DNA from: an uncultured bacterium
GTDB lineage: Bacteria > Eisenbacteria > RBG-16-71-46 > CAIMUX01 > WJJG01
DNA: 64,000 nt
Assembly: GCA_964482205.1 (NCBI GenBank)
Contig: CAYZWI010000004.1
Span: 67,913 to 131,912 of the forward strand
Direction of reading: 5' to 3'
The position numbers and the translations under genes are program-made. Shown here piece by piece: positions 9,495-19,313 of this stretch (position 1 is its first letter; every line of letters starts with the position of its first letter). The notes beneath the pieces are model-generated. The model was not told the origin of the DNA, did not search any database, and saw nothing but the letters and a program-made list of their open reading frames with translations.

Positions 9495-10664
9495 TCATCT
9501 CGATGCAGGCGCCTTCGTCAACCGGATCGCATCGCCCGCGGCGTAGGTGGAATCGTCGCTGCGCATGCCTTGGTACGCTTTCACCAGCCAGAGGGCGGGC
9601 GTGCCGTTGAACATGGCGAGATAGCTTCCCGGGCTCACGGCGGCCAGATCAGGATTGTCGCGATAGAGAAGCTCGGTCTGGTGGTCGCGCACTACGGCGA
9701 CGATCGCGGTGCTGTCTGCAACGCCCAGCTTTTCCAGATCGGCCTTGGTGATGTTCGTGATCAGGCTGCCGCCTCCTGAAAGCGCCAGCACTTGACCGGC
9801 CAGCGCATCTCCCACCTGGCTCGCCGCGGGCGCGGTCGCTTGCGGCTTCGTGAAGAGCGTCTCGTCGACCGGCTCGTTCACGCGCACATTCGAGAGCCGG
9901 GTCAGCGGTTCGACTTCCGAGCCGTCCGTCAGGCATTGGCCGTGCGTGCGGGTGGGAAGAACCACGCCCCCCACGGTTTGGTAGTCGGAGAAAGTGTAGA
10001 TGTTCTTCAGCTCGCGCAATTCCGGATCGGGGACCGTCTCGACGATCCGCTCCAGCAGCCCCGTCTGGGCATCGAAGTCGTATTCGCGCTCGCGTTCGGC
10101 TTGCGATTTGTCGATGAGCACATGGCACGAGCGGCCATGGACTCGCTGCGTTCCCGCATAGGCGAGCGGCGCCCGATTCCCGCTTGCATCGAGGAGCCCG
10201 TGAAGGAGGAGCTGGTTCAAGTTCAGGTCCCGATATTGCCCGAGAGCATCTCCAGTCACGGGAGCGACGAGACCTCGATAGGAGAGCCAGTGGTCGCGGC
10301 CGTCGAAGAGGACTACGCGATCGGCGGCCTCGACTCGGAACCGGCCGTCGGAGACGAGATGCAGCGAGTATCCGTTTCCGTAGACCTCCGGCTCGGCCTC
10401 CGCGGCGTAGCTCCGCATCGCGCGAAGCTGCTCGTATCCTCCCGACGCTTCCAGGAAGCGATCGACCACCCGCGCCGCTTCTTCCAGTCCCGGAACCGCA
10501 CTCGATTCTCCTGTTTGCGCCCAGGCGAACGAGGCCAGGGGCCACGCGAGCAGGGACGCGAGCAGGAGCGCGGCCACGAACACAGGCACGAATGCGGGCA
10601 CCAACACGGGCACGAACCTGGGCACCAACACGGGCACTGCGGTCCACGAATGTCTGGCAGGCAA
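9495..10664 (-). CDS. Secreted LolA-like/outer-membrane-lipoprotein-sorting-like domain protein with a C-terminal extension
   Basis: Signal peptide, then a region ending ..IYTFSDYQTVGGVVLPTRTHG, which is typical of LolA-like fold proteins. The hydrophobic N-terminus is encoded by 9-bp repeats (VPVLVPRFVPVLVPAFVPVFV). Confidence 0.45.
   Translation of the reverse strand: MPARHSWTAVPVLVPRFVPVLVPAFVPVFVAALLLASLLAWPLASFAWAQTGESSAVPGLEEAARVVDRFLEASGGYEQLRAMRSYAAEAEPEVYGNGYSLHLVSDGRFRVEAADRVVLFDGRDHWLSYRGLVAPVTGDALGQYRDLNLNQLLLHGLLDASGNRAPLAYAGTQRVHGRSCHVLIDKSQAEREREYDFDAQTGLLERIVETVPDPELRELKNIYTFSDYQTVGGVVLPTRTHGQCLTDGSEVEPLTRLSNVRVNEPVDETLFTKPQATAPAASQVGDALAGQVLALSGGGSLITNITKADLEKLGVADSTAIVAVVRDHQTELLYRDNPDLAAVSPGSYLAMFNGTPALWLVKAYQGMRSDDSTYAAGDAIRLTKAPASR
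10585..10650 (-). repeat. Short 9-bp tandem repeats (ggcac(g/c)aac(a/c)(c/t)g-like) encoding the VPVLVP(R/A)F repeats of the signal region
   Basis: cacgaacacaggcacgaatgcgggcaccaacacgggcacgaacctgggcaccaacacgggcac. Confidence 0.5.
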
Positions 10665-10946
10665 GAGCGCCTCCTTTCCCCATTGCGCGTTCGGAACAGG
10701 CCGGTATCGCTTGTTTGAGAACTTCGGAATGGTCCGACAAACCAGGGTCCATCGTCAAGCGGGAGGCGCGCGGGCCCACGCCGGGCGGGCGCGCGACGGC
10801 GGGCCTGCGATGCGTGAGGGAAGTGCCCCGCCCCATGCACTCGCGAAGCTGCTACAATGGCACCAGCGGTCGCGCCGCGGCAGCCCTGATCATCCGGTGA
10901 GCGATTCGCCTTCGATGTTCCGACCCGAGCCAGGCGCGGAGGTTCC

Positions 10947-11756
10947 GTGTCCGAATTCGAGCGGCTGCTTTGCAGCTTTCAGCGCCCCGCGATTCATCAG
11001 GAGGTGTCGCGGATCATTCGCGAGCGCTCTTCGCATCCCGACGACATTCGCGATCTCGTTCTACGCACCGTCGACCTGAGCGATTCCCGCCGCGTGGCCG
11101 ATCTCGGCTGCGGTTTCGGATACATGGTCGAGAAGCTGGCCCCGCGCCTTCCCGCGCGCGCGTACATCGTCGGCGTCGATGCTTGCGACGCCAATCGCGA
11201 TTGCTTCCTGGCCAGGCTCATCGCGGCTCGTTGCGAAGGCGATTTCCTCGCGATGCAGATCGCGGACACGCTGCCGTGGGCCGAAAAGAGCTTCGACCTC
11301 GTCGTCTGCTCGTACACGCTCTACTTCTTCCCAGAGATCCTCAAGGAAATCGCGCGCGTGCTCAGGCCGCAAGGGATCCTGCTCGTCATCACCCATGAGG
11401 CTGATTCGCTCGAGGCGCTCTTTCCCCTGACCGGAATTGCGCGCGAAAAGGCGTTGCTTCCCACGCTCTTGCATCGCTTTTCTTCGGAGAACGGTGCGGA
11501 ACTGCTCGCGCCGCACTTCCACGAGGTCGAGCGCGGCGAGTACCACAATTCGCTTCGTTTCCTGCCCGAGCACAAGCACGACCTTCTCACCTATGTGCAA
11601 TTCAAGCTGCCGCTCCTCCTCCCTCAAATGCGCGAGGACATGGAGCTGCCTCCGGAAGTTCGCCGCGCGATCGACGATCACTTCTCCTGGCGCGGGGAGG
11701 CGATCCTGGAGAAGAACGACGCTTGGTTCGTCTGCCGGAGGCCGCGATGGCCGTGA
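10947..11756 (+). CDS. Class I SAM-dependent methyltransferase
   Basis: GTG start. VADLGCGFGYM is the G-x-G SAM motif, followed by FDLVVCSYTLYFFPE and ARVLRPQGILLV. Confidence 0.75.
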   Translation: MSEFERLLCSFQRPAIHQEVSRIIRERSSHPDDIRDLVLRTVDLSDSRRVADLGCGFGYMVEKLAPRLPARAYIVGVDACDANRDCFLARLIAARCEGDFLAMQIADTLPWAEKSFDLVVCSYTLYFFPEILKEIARVLRPQGILLVITHEADSLEALFPLTGIAREKALLPTLLHRFSSENGAELLAPHFHEVERGEYHNSLRFLPEHKHDLLTYVQFKLPLLLPQMREDMELPPEVRRAIDDHFSWRGEAILEKNDAWFVCRRPRWP

Positions 11757-12838
11757 CGCCCGAATTCTGTTCGCGCTGCGCAGCGCCCCTCGAGAGCCGC
11801 CTGCTCGACGGGCGCATGCGCCAGGTCTGCCCCGCCTGCGGGACCGTCTTCTACTGCAATCCCCTCCCCGTCGCCTGCGCGCTGGTCTTGAACGACAAGC
11901 GCGAAGTGCTGCTGGTCAAGCGCCGCGACGAGCCGGACAAGGGGATGTGGTGCCTGCCGATCGGATTCGCGGAGCAGAGGGAGACGATTGCGGAAGCGGC
12001 GCTGCGCGAATTGCGCGAGGAAGCGGGCATCGAAGGCCGCGTGATCCGCTTGCTCGATGTCGACACCTACAGCAGCGACTTCTACGGCGATCTGCTCATC
12101 GTGACCTTCGAGGTGGAGAAGACCGGCGGCCGCGAAGCGGCCGGCGACGACGCGGTGGAAGCGGTCTACTTTCCGCTCGAGAAGTTGCCGCCACTCGCCT
12201 TTCCCGCCAACGACCGCGCGGTGGAAGCGTGCCGCGAGGCGCATCGCGAGGAGTGGGCCATTCGCGAGTCGTTCCGGCAACTGGAAGCGACCGCTCCATC
12301 GGACGCTTCCGCCGCGGCGGAGAGGGATCGTGGATTCGTGGACTCCGCCGGGAGACGGACGACGGAGACGGGCGAAACCTCGAACGCGCGCCTACTTTCG
12401 GATGCGCTGGTGCTCCTCATTCGCGATCATGCCGGAGAGATCTCCCGCGCCTGGCTTTCGGATGTGCGCTCGAATGCCACCACGCCCGGATATCGCGAGC
12501 TCTCTCCCGACGATCTCTCGAGTTGCGCCAGGCAGGCGCTCGAGCAATTCGGGCGATGGCTGACCGGAGAAGAGGATGCCGACGAAGTCCGCGCCTTCTA
12601 TCGAGGAGTGGGCGCCCGGCGGCGCGAGCAGGGCCTCGCAGCGGAGGAAGTGCTCAGCTCGCTCATGCTGCTCAAGAAGCAGGTCTGGACCTTCGCGCAC
12701 GATCGCGGAATGTGGGAGCGCGCCATCGATGTCTATCGCGTGCTCGAGCTCGATCGCCGTCTCGTCCTCTTCTTCGATCGCGCGATGTACCACGAGCTAA
12801 GGGGATGGTCGGATGCGCCGCGGTCGGAAGAAGCCTGA
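11747..12838 (+). CDS. Zn-ribbon NUDIX hydrolase fused to a C-terminal domain of unknown function of about 200 aa
   Basis: CSRCAAPL..CPACG is the Zn ribbon, and GMWCLPIGFAEQRETIAEAALRELREEAGI is the Nudix box. The start overlaps the preceding MTase stop (ATGgccgTGA). Confidence 0.75.
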   Translation: MAVTPEFCSRCAAPLESRLLDGRMRQVCPACGTVFYCNPLPVACALVLNDKREVLLVKRRDEPDKGMWCLPIGFAEQRETIAEAALRELREEAGIEGRVIRLLDVDTYSSDFYGDLLIVTFEVEKTGGREAAGDDAVEAVYFPLEKLPPLAFPANDRAVEACREAHREEWAIRESFRQLEATAPSDASAAAERDRGFVDSAGRRTTETGETSNARLLSDALVLLIRDHAGEISRAWLSDVRSNATTPGYRELSPDDLSSCARQALEQFGRWLTGEEDADEVRAFYRGVGARRREQGLAAEEVLSSLMLLKKQVWTFAHDRGMWERAIDVYRVLELDRRLVLFFDRAMYHELRGWSDAPRSEEA

Positions 12839-13021
12839 CAGGGAGCATCGCATCGCGGTTGAGGATTGAAGTCAGTACAGCATTCGGATCAATGACCAAT
12901 GGCGCATTTGTTTTCGCTGGGAACAGAACGACGCCTGTAACTCACATGCGCAAAGCAAGGGCACGCGAGGGGCGATTGGCCGCGCGCCGCGCTATGATTG
13001 CGCACCCCGCCCCGCCCGTGT

Positions 13022-13612
13022 TCAGTTGTTGCTCGATTGCGAGAGCGCCCGCCGATAGACCGCCAGGTTCCCCTCGAGCACGCGCGCGGGGACGCCTTCG
13101 CGCAGCGCTTGCTCGATGACAGGGCCATCCACTCCCGGTATCGCCTGCAGTGCGCCGAGCGTTCCGAGCAGCGCCACATTCTGCATGCGCGGGTCGGGCA
13201 GATCGGTCAGCTCCACGCGCACCACGCGTCCGCCGCGGGCGAGCACCGCTTGCTCGAACTCGGCGGCCGTCGGGTACGAGGCCTGCCCCAAGCGGACGAA
13301 CACGGGTTGATACACCGTGTCGTAGTAGACCACTGTGCCCCCCGGCTTGAGCATCGCGAGCGCGCCGCGCATCGCTTCCAGACGCTCCAGGCCGACGATC
13401 AGGTCCGCATTCCCGGGGCTCACGCGAGGCGTGAAGAGCTTCTCTCCAATGCGAAGATGGGATACGACCGTGCCGTGTCGTTGCGCGAGGCCATGCGTGT
13501 CGCATCCGCGCACCCGGTATCCCGCGGCCAGGCAGGCATGCGAAAGCACATCGGCGAGCAGCCCGATGCCTTGCCCGCCCACTCCGCAAAGGTAGATGTC
13601 CATCGGGTTCAT
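13022..13612 (-). CDS. iorB: Indolepyruvate:ferredoxin oxidoreductase beta subunit
   Basis: MNPMDIYLCGVGGQGIGLLADVLSHA..GTVVSHLRIG..ADLIVGLE (196 aa). The longer 544 aa ORF in this frame is an artefact upstream of this Met. Confidence 0.85.
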   Translation of the reverse strand: MNPMDIYLCGVGGQGIGLLADVLSHACLAAGYRVRGCDTHGLAQRHGTVVSHLRIGEKLFTPRVSPGNADLIVGLERLEAMRGALAMLKPGGTVVYYDTVYQPVFVRLGQASYPTAAEFEQAVLARGGRVVRVELTDLPDPRMQNVALLGTLGALQAIPGVDGPVIEQALREGVPARVLEGNLAVYRRALSQSSNN

Positions 13613-13689
13613 GCTTACCCTTTGCTCTCCGCGGCTCATGCCTTCCCTCTGCTCTCCCCCGCTCATGCTTTCCCTCCGCTCTCCGCGTC
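13609..13689. repeat. Three tandem copies of a 27-bp repeat at the iorA-iorB junction
   Basis: catgcttaccctttgctctccgcggct / catgccttccctctgctctcccccgct / catgctttccctccgctctccgcgtct. On the coding strand each copy carries an in-frame ATG preceded by GGAGAG. Confidence 0.75.
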
Positions 13690-15735
13690 TCCTGTCTGCG
13701 CATCTCCCGCTTGGCGGCCCAGTGGTGTGGCGGAATTCGTGGCGGGGCGTTCGGCGGGCGCACGCACGATCGCCGAGACGGGACAGGTCTGCATGCACGA
13801 ACCGTCTCCGATGCACAAGTCCTCGTGCACGGTCACGCTGCCGTCTTCTTGATACACGAACGAGGGGCAGGCGAATTCGCGCAGGCAGACATACGCGCGC
13901 GAACACTTGGCCTGATCGACCTCGACTTGACGAATCCGGGCGTCCGGACGCTTGGCGCGCATCTCGCGCATGAACTTCAGCATGCAGGGATGGCGCGCGA
14001 TCACGACCGCAAAGCCGTCGTAGGCGAGCGCATCGCGCAAGTGCTCGCCCAGCTTGGCCTGATTGTAGGCGTCGACATCGCGAACGAATTGCACGCCCAG
14101 CGCGGTGAAGAGCTCCGCCAGCGGAATCTTGTCGCCGATCTCGCCTGAACCCGCGCGCGGCTGATGGCCCGTCATCGCGGTCGTGCCGTTCTCGAGCACG
14201 ACCAGCTTGACGGGATGGCGGCGCACGACGGCGTTCACGATCCCCGGAAGCGCGGCGTGAAAGAGCGTCGAATCTCCCATGAACGCGATCACCGGACGGC
14301 CGGGATTGTGCAAGGCCAGCCCGGAAGCGGTCGCGGTCGCGTGGCCCATGCAGAGCAGCACCTCGCCCATTTTGTACGGCGGCATGAATCCCATCGTGTG
14401 GCAGCCGATGTCGGCGACGGTGATCGCTTCGGGTGGAATCGCGCGCTTGATCGCGTGAAAGGCGGAACGGTGCCCGCATCCGGGACAGAGTTGCGGCAAG
14501 CGCTTGATCGCGTTCGCGGAGGTCTCGCCGGCATCGACGGAGAGCGGGCGCGGAGGGAAGAGATCGCTCCAGTGAGTGGCGAGAAGCGCCCAGGTGCGAT
14601 CCGGGGTCCACTCTCCGATCAAGTCGTCGCCGCCGGCTCGCGCGTGGATGCGGCATTGCGTGCCCGCCTCCCAGGCCATCGCCTTCAGCTCCGTCTCCAT
14701 CACGCGATCGAGCTCTTCGATCAAGACGACTTCGTCGTGGGCGGCGAGAAACTCGAGCACGCGCTCGCGCGGAAGCGGATAGGTGAAGCCGAGCTTGAGC
14801 ACGTCCACCCGGGCGCGCGATTCCTCAAGATTCTCCAGCACGGCGAGCGCGGATATGCCCGCCGAAATCACGCCTCGACGCTTGCCGCCGCTGGCGGCCT
14901 GCGGAGAGGAACGCGCGGGCGAAGGCGTAGAGGCCGCCGATGCGATGCCCGCATTCGTGCCCGCGATTCCATTGGGAGAGAAAGTCTCATTGAAGCGGCT
15001 CGCATTCGACGCTTCCTCGAAGGCCTTCAGCTTCGCGAGACTCGCGCGCTTCATCGGCACGACGAGCTCCGTGATGGGAATATAGGGACCGTTCGCCGGC
15101 GAGAAGCGCGGCGTCCAGTCGGGCGCTTCCTTGGGCCGCGCGCCGAATTGCACCACTTCCTTCGCGTGGCACACATGGGTCGTCATCCGCAGGAACAGCG
15201 GATGGCGATGCTGCCGCGAGAGGCGGGCCGCCTCGAGGAACATCTCGTAGGCTTCCTGCGGGGTTGCGGGCTCGAACATCGGAATGTAGGACATGCGCGC
15301 GAAGTGCCGGTTGTCCTGCTCGTTTTGCGAGGAGTTGAGACCCGGATCGTCGCCGAGAATGACGACGATTCCGCCGATCATCTCCAGCAAGCCGATCTGC
15401 ACGAGCGAATCGGAGGCGACATTCAAGCCGACCGACTTGAAGAAGGTGGTCGCCAGATGCCCGTTGAAGGAGGCGCCCGCCGCCACTTCGAGAGCGACCT
15501 TCTCGTTGGTCGAGTACTCGAAGTAGTAAGGGCGGCGCTCTTCCGGAACGGTCTCGAGCGCGGCGGCGATTTCGGGAGTGGGCGAGCCGGGATAAGTGGT
15601 CACCACCATCACGCCCGCCTCGATCATCGCGCGGGCGAGGGCGTGATTGCCCATGATCAGGCCAGACCACGGCTCATGGGAGATCAATCGATCGGCAAGA
15701 CGGGCCATCGCAACCTCCGCAGTTCTGTCAGGCAA
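13663..15735 (-). CDS. iorA: Indolepyruvate:ferredoxin oxidoreductase alpha subunit (TPP-binding, two 4Fe-4S motifs)
   Basis: GSPTPEIAAALE, the PFOR-like TPP domain GDSTLFHAALPGIVNAV, and the C-terminal CxxCxxC..CP ferredoxin-like cysteines. Confidence 0.9.
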   Translation of the reverse strand: MPDRTAEVAMARLADRLISHEPWSGLIMGNHALARAMIEAGVMVVTTYPGSPTPEIAAALETVPEERRPYYFEYSTNEKVALEVAAGASFNGHLATTFFKSVGLNVASDSLVQIGLLEMIGGIVVILGDDPGLNSSQNEQDNRHFARMSYIPMFEPATPQEAYEMFLEAARLSRQHRHPLFLRMTTHVCHAKEVVQFGARPKEAPDWTPRFSPANGPYIPITELVVPMKRASLAKLKAFEEASNASRFNETFSPNGIAGTNAGIASAASTPSPARSSPQAASGGKRRGVISAGISALAVLENLEESRARVDVLKLGFTYPLPRERVLEFLAAHDEVVLIEELDRVMETELKAMAWEAGTQCRIHARAGGDDLIGEWTPDRTWALLATHWSDLFPPRPLSVDAGETSANAIKRLPQLCPGCGHRSAFHAIKRAIPPEAITVADIGCHTMGFMPPYKMGEVLLCMGHATATASGLALHNPGRPVIAFMGDSTLFHAALPGIVNAVVRRHPVKLVVLENGTTAMTGHQPRAGSGEIGDKIPLAELFTALGVQFVRDVDAYNQAKLGEHLRDALAYDGFAVVIARHPCMLKFMREMRAKRPDARIRQVEVDQAKCSRAYVCLREFACPSFVYQEDGSVTVHEDLCIGDGSCMQTCPVSAIVRAPAERPATNSATPLGRQAGDAQTGDAESGGKA

Positions 15736-15760
15736 GAAACGCCGCGCGCCCCGCGATCCG

Positions 15761-16216
15761 TTAGTTGTCCTTCAACACCTGCTGATCGTATTCCACTTCG
15801 AAGCGAAGCTTGTGCTTCGCCTCTTCCTGGGCAAGCGTCAGCAGGAGTTCACGCATTTCGCCGGCGTTCACCTCGCGGGCCAGATCGGTATAGAGCCGGA
15901 AGGCGGCCTTCTCGCGCTGCATCGCGAGAATCAAGGCGTCCTGATACGAAATCTCGTCGCTCGGCTCCTCCGCCACGAGGTAATCGGAGAGCGCGAGGTT
16001 CGGCAGCTTTCCCGGAGGCGTCAATTGCTGGCGCCCCGCCTTGACCGCCTGCAGCTTGCTCTTGTGCCCCCGCTCCTCGCCCGCGAATTGCTTGAACACA
16101 TCCTTCATCGCAGGCGCGGCCACTTTCTCAGCCAGTTCGAGATAGAAGTCGACTGCCTCCTGCTCTCTGTCGATCGCGAATTCGAGGATCTCTTCCAGGC
16201 GGGTATGCGTCACCAT
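15761..16216 (-). CDS. Rubrerythrin-like ferritin-like diiron protein (no rubredoxin domain)
   Basis: E..EAVDFY..EEAKHKLRFEVEY four-helix-bundle E/ExxH motifs. Confidence 0.75.
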   Translation of the reverse strand: MVTHTRLEEILEFAIDREQEAVDFYLELAEKVAAPAMKDVFKQFAGEERGHKSKLQAVKAGRQQLTPPGKLPNLALSDYLVAEEPSDEISYQDALILAMQREKAAFRLYTDLAREVNAGEMRELLLTLAQEEAKHKLRFEVEYDQQVLKDN

Positions 16217-16328
16217 TCTCGCTCTCCTTTTCCGCAGTCATGGGATCGGTGGATAAGAGACGACGGCCCCGCACGAAGAACTTCGCGCGCGCGTGATCGC
16301 CGCGGTGCCTGCGCGCTGCGTGCGTCGA

Positions 16329-16490
16329 TCACTCCACCGGCTGGAACATGTCCTTGCCCACGCCGCACAGCGGGCATTTCCAATCCTCCGGCACTTGTTC
16401 CCACGGCGTGCCCGGCGCGACGCCATTTTCGGGATCGCCCTGCTCCGGGTCGTAAATGTATCCGCACGCAATGCACTCGTACTTCTTCAT
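16329..16490 (-). CDS. rub: Rubredoxin
   Basis: 53 aa: [53 protein letters not shown] with CxxCG..CPxCG. It is absent from the ORF track because it is under 60 aa. Confidence 0.9.
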   Translation of the reverse strand: MKKYECIACGYIYDPEQGDPENGVAPGTPWEQVPEDWKCPLCGVGKDMFQPVE

Positions 16491-16504
16491 GGGGGCTCCT
16501 TTCC

Positions 16505-17731
16505 TCAACCGTTGGCGCGGGCGTTCGCTTCCAAACGCTCGCTCATTCGCGCGGCCACCTGCTCACCCAGCGCCCGGCAGCGCGCCAATCCTTCTTCATC
16601 GGGGACATAGGGCAGCTTCAGCCCTTCGGCCGCCAGATCGACCTTGAGCTCGCGAAGCTGTTCCTCGATCTGCCCGACCGCCTGTCCGCCCCATCCATAG
16701 GAGCCGAAGGCGGCTCCCACGAGATTTCTGGGCCTCAGGCCTTTCAGGTAGGTCAACACATCCGCGATCGTCGGGAACATCTGGTTGTTGATCGTCGGTG
16801 AACCGACGAGCAGCGCGCCCGCTTCCAACAGCTCGGCCGCGACATCGCTGCGATGCGCGCCCGAGAGCGGCATCTGGCGCACCAGCATGCCTCCCGCCGA
16901 CAGGCCTTCACCAATCGCCGCCGCCATGCGGTCGGTGCTCTTCCACATCGTGTCGTGCACGACGACCGCTTTTCGCGTGGGCGCCTGAGCGGCCCATTCT
17001 CCGTACAGACGCACGATGTTCTCCGGATGCCTGCGCCACACCGGCCCGTGATCGGGCGCGATGATCCGCGGCCCCAGCTTCAAGCCCGCGAGACGGCCGA
17101 GCAGCTTCGTGACGATCGGCGAGAGCGGCAGGAGAATGTTCGCGTAGTACCTGGCCGCCTCCTCGCGCCACAGCTCCGGCTCCAATTGGTCCGCGAAGCG
17201 GGCCCCGCTGGCCAGATGCATCCCAAAGGCATCGTTGGAGAAGAGAACCGCATCCTCTTCGAGATAGGTGAACATGCTATCGGGCCAGTGGAGCATCGGG
17301 GTCTCGACGAAGCGCGCACCAAGGCCCGCGCCTAGATCGTAGCGCTCGCCTTCCCGGACGACTTCCACTTCGCGGCCCCAATGGAAGTGACGCTCGAGCG
17401 CCTCCTTGCCCTGCGCCGAGACGAGAATGCGCCCCGGCTGGAGCTCGCGCGCGACTTCGGGCAACGAGCCCGAATGGTCCATCTCCGCGTGGTTCGAGAT
17501 GATCACTTTCACTTTGGAGAGCTCGACCGCGGAGGCGATGCGCGCGAGCATCTCGCTCTTGAAGCCCGCCTTCACCGTGTCGACGAGCGTGATGGGGTCG
17601 GAGAGGATCAGATACGCGTTGTAGGTCGTGCCCCGATGCGTGGCATAGCCATGAAAATCGCGCAGGCCCCAATCGATCGCGCCCACCCACAGCACATGCT
17701 CGCTCACGCGAATCGCTTCAAACGCGCTCAT
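16505..17731 (-). CDS. Flavodiiron protein (FprA/ROO-type O2/NO reductase). It has a metallo-beta-lactamase-like domain plus a flavodoxin domain.
   Basis: HAEMDHSGS diiron motif region, NDAFGMH, and the C-terminal flavodoxin [13 protein letters not shown]. Confidence 0.85.
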   Translation of the reverse strand: MSAFEAIRVSEHVLWVGAIDWGLRDFHGYATHRGTTYNAYLILSDPITLVDTVKAGFKSEMLARIASAVELSKVKVIISNHAEMDHSGSLPEVARELQPGRILVSAQGKEALERHFHWGREVEVVREGERYDLGAGLGARFVETPMLHWPDSMFTYLEEDAVLFSNDAFGMHLASGARFADQLEPELWREEAARYYANILLPLSPIVTKLLGRLAGLKLGPRIIAPDHGPVWRRHPENIVRLYGEWAAQAPTRKAVVVHDTMWKSTDRMAAAIGEGLSAGGMLVRQMPLSGAHRSDVAAELLEAGALLVGSPTINNQMFPTIADVLTYLKGLRPRNLVGAAFGSYGWGGQAVGQIEEQLRELKVDLAAEGLKLPYVPDEEGLARCRALGEQVAARMSERLEANARANG

Positions 17732-17794
17732 GCGTGCTCCTCTCCCATCGCCTACTCCGGCGCCGCGAGTGCCGCTGATGCGCCGGCCCTGCGA

Positions 17795-18370
17795 TCACCA
17801 GTTCTCGCCCAGCACTTCGAAATGCGCTTGCGGATGCGCGCAGGCCGCGCACACCTGCGGCGCTTCGGTGCCTTCGTGCAGGTAGCCGCAATTGCGGCAG
17901 CGCCACACGACCGGCTTGGCCTTCTTGAACACCTGGCCCGATTCGACATTGCGAAGCAGATCGCGATAACGCTTCTCATGCTGCTTCTCCGCGATGCTGA
18001 CCGCTTCGAAGAGCTTCGCGGCCGGCTCGAAGCCCTCGGCCCGCGCCGTCTTCGCGAAGCCGGGATACATCGCGGTCCACTCCTCGTGCTCGCCCGCCGC
18101 GGACGCGCGCAGATTCTCCGCCGTCGTGCCGATCGAGCCGGCGGGAAAGGCCCAGGCCACCTGCACCTCGCCGCCTTCGAGCATGCGGAAGAAGCGCTTG
18201 GCGTGCTCGCGCTCCTGGTCCGCCGTCTCGGTGAAGATGTCGGCGATTTGCTCGAAGCCTTCCTTGCGCGCCTGGCTGGCGAAGTAGCTGTAGCGGTTGC
18301 GCGCCTGCGATTCGCCCGCGAACGAAGTGAGCAGATTCTTCTCCGTCTGGGTCCCCTTCATCGTTGCCAT
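17795..18370 (-). CDS. rbr: Rubrerythrin
   Basis: Ferritin-like ExxH motifs, plus the C-terminal rubredoxin-like [15 protein letters not shown]. Confidence 0.9.
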   Translation of the reverse strand: MATMKGTQTEKNLLTSFAGESQARNRYSYFASQARKEGFEQIADIFTETADQEREHAKRFFRMLEGGEVQVAWAFPAGSIGTTAENLRASAAGEHEEWTAMYPGFAKTARAEGFEPAAKLFEAVSIAEKQHEKRYRDLLRNVESGQVFKKAKPVVWRCRNCGYLHEGTEAPQVCAACAHPQAHFEVLGENW

Positions 18371-18479
18371 CGTCCCTCCCTTGCATGGTTCTGTTTCGAC
18401 ACGAAAACCGGACTATATCCGAAGCGGGCCCCGATCGCCAATCGCTCGTCGCGACCGGCGCGGGTGACGAACGCGGCCT

Positions 18480-18914
18480 TCAGGAGCGCCGCTGCTCGCG
18501 GCCGCACTCCGGGCAGAGCCCGCGGAGATCCACATGGATCTCGAGAATCCGAAAGCCCGCGACTCTTCGCACGGGCGATGCCCGCAACGGCAGCCGTCTG
18601 GCCGGAATGTCGGCGATCCGCCCGCACTTCACGCAGCGCACATGCCCGTGATGGCCGCGCTTGCCGTCGAAGCGCGCCTCCCCCCCGGGGACCTGGAGCT
18701 TGACGGCCAGGCCTTGCTGCACGAAGAGCTCGAGGTTCCGGTACACGGTGGCCAGGCTGACGTGCGGCAGGCGCCGGCACACTTGGGCGTGCAGCTCGCG
18801 CGCCGTCGGGTGGTCCTCGCGCCGGGCGAGCATCGCGAGAAGCGCGTCGCGTTGCTGCGAATGGCGGTGCTCGGTCGAATCGCTTCGGCTTTCCCCGGCT
18901 CGGGCTGTTTTCAC
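18480..18914 (-). CDS. perR: Fur-family transcriptional regulator, PerR-like
   Basis: [61 protein letters not shown] start at 18914 is proposed and is uncertain. Confidence 0.75.
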   Translation of the reverse strand: MKTARAGESRSDSTEHRHSQQRDALLAMLARREDHPTARELHAQVCRRLPHVSLATVYRNLELFVQQGLAVKLQVPGGEARFDGKRGHHGHVRCVKCGRIADIPARRLPLRASPVRRVAGFRILEIHVDLRGLCPECGREQRRS

Positions 18915-19010
18915 GCCTCCTCCTGCAAATCGAGTGCAACTGGGCCGTGCTGCCGAATCCCGGCCTGCGGCCGGCAGGAATCCGGCGGCTGCCATTTTCT
19001 TATTGCAAAT

Positions 19011-19033
19011 GATTCCTATTATCAAGATAATTC
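19011..19033. promoter_or_regulatory. Putative Fur/PerR-box operator in the AT-rich divergent perR/dfx promoter region
   Basis: TTATCaaGATAA perfect inverted repeat embedded in tattgcaaatgattcctattatcaagataattc. It is a unique AT-rich patch in GC-rich DNA. Confidence 0.45.
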
Positions 19034-19313
19034 TTCCCGCTTGGCGAACTTTCTTGCAGGCGTCAAGGGAGAGGATTCGGAAGGAAGCCGGGAGCGGCGG
19101 CCGAGCGGCCAAGGGATTCGCATCCCGGCGTGCCCGCGGCGTTCGCTGAAGGCCGCGCGCTTGCCAAGTGAGGGAAAATCGGAGACACTCGCCTGCTCGC
19201 GGTCGAGGGGCCCGTCGCGCCGCACTCGCCGAACACGGGCCGAGAACGCGCGCGCTTCCCGCGGGGTCGGATCACCAGGCTGGATGTCCCAGAAACGAGG
19301 AGGAAGAGAAGCG

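Noticed and set aside
13022-14656. The 544 aa minus-strand ORF
   Set aside because: Only the last 196 codons (iorB, from MNPMDIY) are real. The upstream part runs in an alternate frame through iorA.
14164-16044. The 626 aa plus-strand ORF
   Set aside because: It is antisense to iorA and the rubrerythrin-like gene. Its translation is Arg/Gly-rich nonsense.
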